Assembly: GCA_002633005.1 (NCBI GenBank)
Contig: NMRA01000766.1
Location: 62,001-126,000, forward strand
Source of the DNA: Phoronis australis
Lineage: Eukaryota > Animalia > Phoronida
DNA length: 64,000 bases
Direction of reading: 5' to 3'
Part shown: positions 62,101 to 64,000 of the stretch, one piece after another
How positions within the stretch are numbered: position 1 is the stretch's first letter
Layout of the letters: each line of letters starts with the position of its first letter
Translations under genes and position numbers: made by a program
Notes under the pieces: model-generated
The model's database searches: none
Seen by the model: only the letters and a program-made list of their open reading frames with translations
Told to the model about the DNA's origin: nothing

Positions 62101-63678
62101 GTGTCTTGGTTTAATGAATTAACTTGAGATGTACCGGGATTTTCTGAGTAATCCTTCGGGCATAACAGAAAAGGAACTATATTGTCTTACAAGTAATGCA
62201 AATGATTGTTGGGGATTTCTTTAAGAAATGGGGACATTTTGAGTGGAAAATTCAAAAACGTCTAATTAAGCTGTCTTAGCATATCTGGAGAATCCTACAT
62301 GAGTCTCAGGTTTATGACATGGGCAAAATCTCTTGGAAATTTTGTCGAAATCTCCAGGCTTGGGATTTTGACAAAATTTCTAAAAGGTTTTGCCCATGTC
62401 ATAAACCTGAGGTGAGTGTAGGATTTGTTTTCTCACATGAACCATAAAAACAGTCTTTTTTAGCCGAAAAACTCGACGTTTCTAAAACTTTTAACCACTG
62501 ACATGACGCAACTTTTGTTAAAACACGCTTGAGCAATTAAACTCAGTTACTTTTTGTTAGTTGTTTTATTTTAAATTGAACAATTGTAAATTGCATTCAG
62601 CTTTCGTAGGATCAAATAAATCGTCTTTGAAGTTTTAATATTAAAACTTATCAAATATTTATGAATAACAGTCAGCAGGGCTTCCCACCTGTGAGCACTG
62701 AACTGACCTTGACTGAGACAACACAGCTAGACAGTCTCACTGTGTTTCTCGAGTTGGGGTTCGTCTCTTTTGAGTGAACGCGGATATGGAATTGGCTGCC
62801 ATTTTAGAAGTTGTTTAGTATGTCTTTCTGACTGGGAGTACGTACAGTTGCGACATTTGATTTTTCAGTCATATTCATGGAAGTCTGGCATTGTTTGGTT
62901 GGCGCGTGTTTGGTTGTTGGTATTAGTTTTGCAGACGATGAAATGTAAATCGTGGATTTCTACTTTGCCCTACTTTGTGATTCGCCCATGTAATATCAAA
63001 AATTACGTACTCGGTGTTATTAACCAGTCGTGTCGTAACACATTCCAGGTCTTGTGAGAAAATATTATAAATTTAAATGTCTAAGTCTGGCTTAGTTAGA
63101 AACATTATAGTCAGCTAGCTGGCTTGTCACTGGCACAATGTAATAATTACTATTGTTATGATAAAATCCCACCAATTTCTGACGAAATTTTCTTCCACAA
63201 TTGCTGTCTTTTTCATACTTGAAGGCTGCTATCAACTTTGTTGAGACTACAAAGAAAAGGTCAAAATATGGTCTGATGGTATTATGCAGAACTTAACTCT
63301 TATTGTGGTGCTACTTAATATCTTTTAGAAAAAAAACAGGAACAAAATTTCATCGGTTGGCCATATTTTGTCCTAAAATGGTCAAATTTTATTGTTAACA
63401 CTAGAAGTAATGTTGTTAATAAGTGATGTTATTTTACTTTCCATATTACAGGAAAGTGTTCTGCAAGCTGGACTTTGTGGTTGACAATGATCTCATCCGT
63501 AGTATAGTGGACTGCAAGCCTGGAATTATTGAGCGGGTTCTGTTAATGTTGAGGCAGAAGATTGACACACGTTTGTATGAAGCGGACCATCAGAACAAGA
63601 GCTCTAACTCTATGGTTGGTGATGGTGAGCTGGAGCAACAACACAAGAAAGGAAAAGGAAGGAAGAAGGCGTTAGAGG
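59184..63678 (+). CDS. SPEF1: SPEF1 homologue, copy 2 (3'-partial)
   Basis: Exon 1 59184-59298 (ELYEWVDEVPLSRPKKNISRDFSDG), exon 2a 60414-60525 or exon 2b 61005-61116, exon 3 63452-63678 (KVFCKLDF...CKPGIIERVLLMLRQKI). Intron phases match copy 1. Confidence 0.9.
60054..60189. repeat. 43-bp tandem repeat x3
   Basis: CAGTAATGTCTACCTGTGTTATGTAGTCAGTAGGGGAGCTAAT. Confidence 0.95.
60414..60525 (+). CDS. SPEF1: SPEF1 copy 2 alternative exon 2a
   Basis: 112 nt, tttcag/gtactt, MAAEIVNHYFPRFVEMHNYSPASSVKQKSKNWDMLNR. Confidence 0.85.
61005..61116 (+). CDS. SPEF1: SPEF1 copy 2 alternative exon 2b
   Basis: 112 nt, ttgcag/gtgagt, MVAELLHHYFPHLVDVHNYTPANATKQKLENWYLLGR. Confidence 0.85.
62291..62425. mobile_element. 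Long hairpin/foldback element
   Basis: AATCCTAC...CTCAGGTTTATGACATGGGCAAAA...GAAATTTTGTC / GACAAAATTTC...TTTTGCCCATGTCATAAACCTGAG...GTAGGATT. Confidence 0.8.
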
Positions 63679-64000
63679 GTGAGTCTTATGCTAGGTTCAT
63701 GAGCCGGAGTGGCCAAAGCGCTAGCAGTTCCACTGGCTAAAGACACTCTCAGATGAGCTGTCTGCGAAGGGGTAAATTTTTCCTGCCGTTGGTTTGTTGT
63801 TTCCTAGCACCACACCCGAGTTGCTTTTGAACAAAGATTGATGTTGAAACATGTTCACTCTCTGCGACAAATTGATTGAGGTGATGATAGAACAATGGCC
63901 CCATACACCTGGAGTGTGTAAACTAAACGATTTGGCTACAGTGCTTGTGAAAACCCTGGCTGTTAAAGGTAACTCAAACCTCCAGCAAAGGGCCAGCAAA

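Overview
AT-rich animal (invertebrate, probably lophotrochozoan; taxon is inference) genomic DNA with spliceosomal GT-AG introns. Positions ~478-48960 (+) hold the 3' part of one giant secreted modular protein gene. I traced 63 exons (~9.2 kb coding, ~3,070 aa; the 5' end lies upstream of the window): a TSP1 repeat, 21 one-exon 6-Cys EGF/EB-like modules plus a 27-nt microexon, 27 one-exon 174-nt Sushi/CCP domains (20 forming a near-identical alternating A/B array), a calcium-binding EGF, 4 more EGF/EB-like modules, 2-3 chitin-binding (CBM14-like) modules and a C-terminal LamG/ConA-like domain, i.e. a Pif/BMSP-like tail. Downstream are two divergently transcribed SPEF1 paralogues: a complete one on the - strand (50007-57028) and a 3'-truncated one on the + strand (59184 onward) with two tandem 112-nt versions of exon 2 that can only be used mutually exclusively. 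Introns carry MITE-like inverted repeats, Harbinger-like insertions beside two assembly Ns, a THAP-like relic, minisatellites and repeated donor-side partial exon duplications. All exon calls were made by eye from splice signals, phase and translation; no database searches were run.
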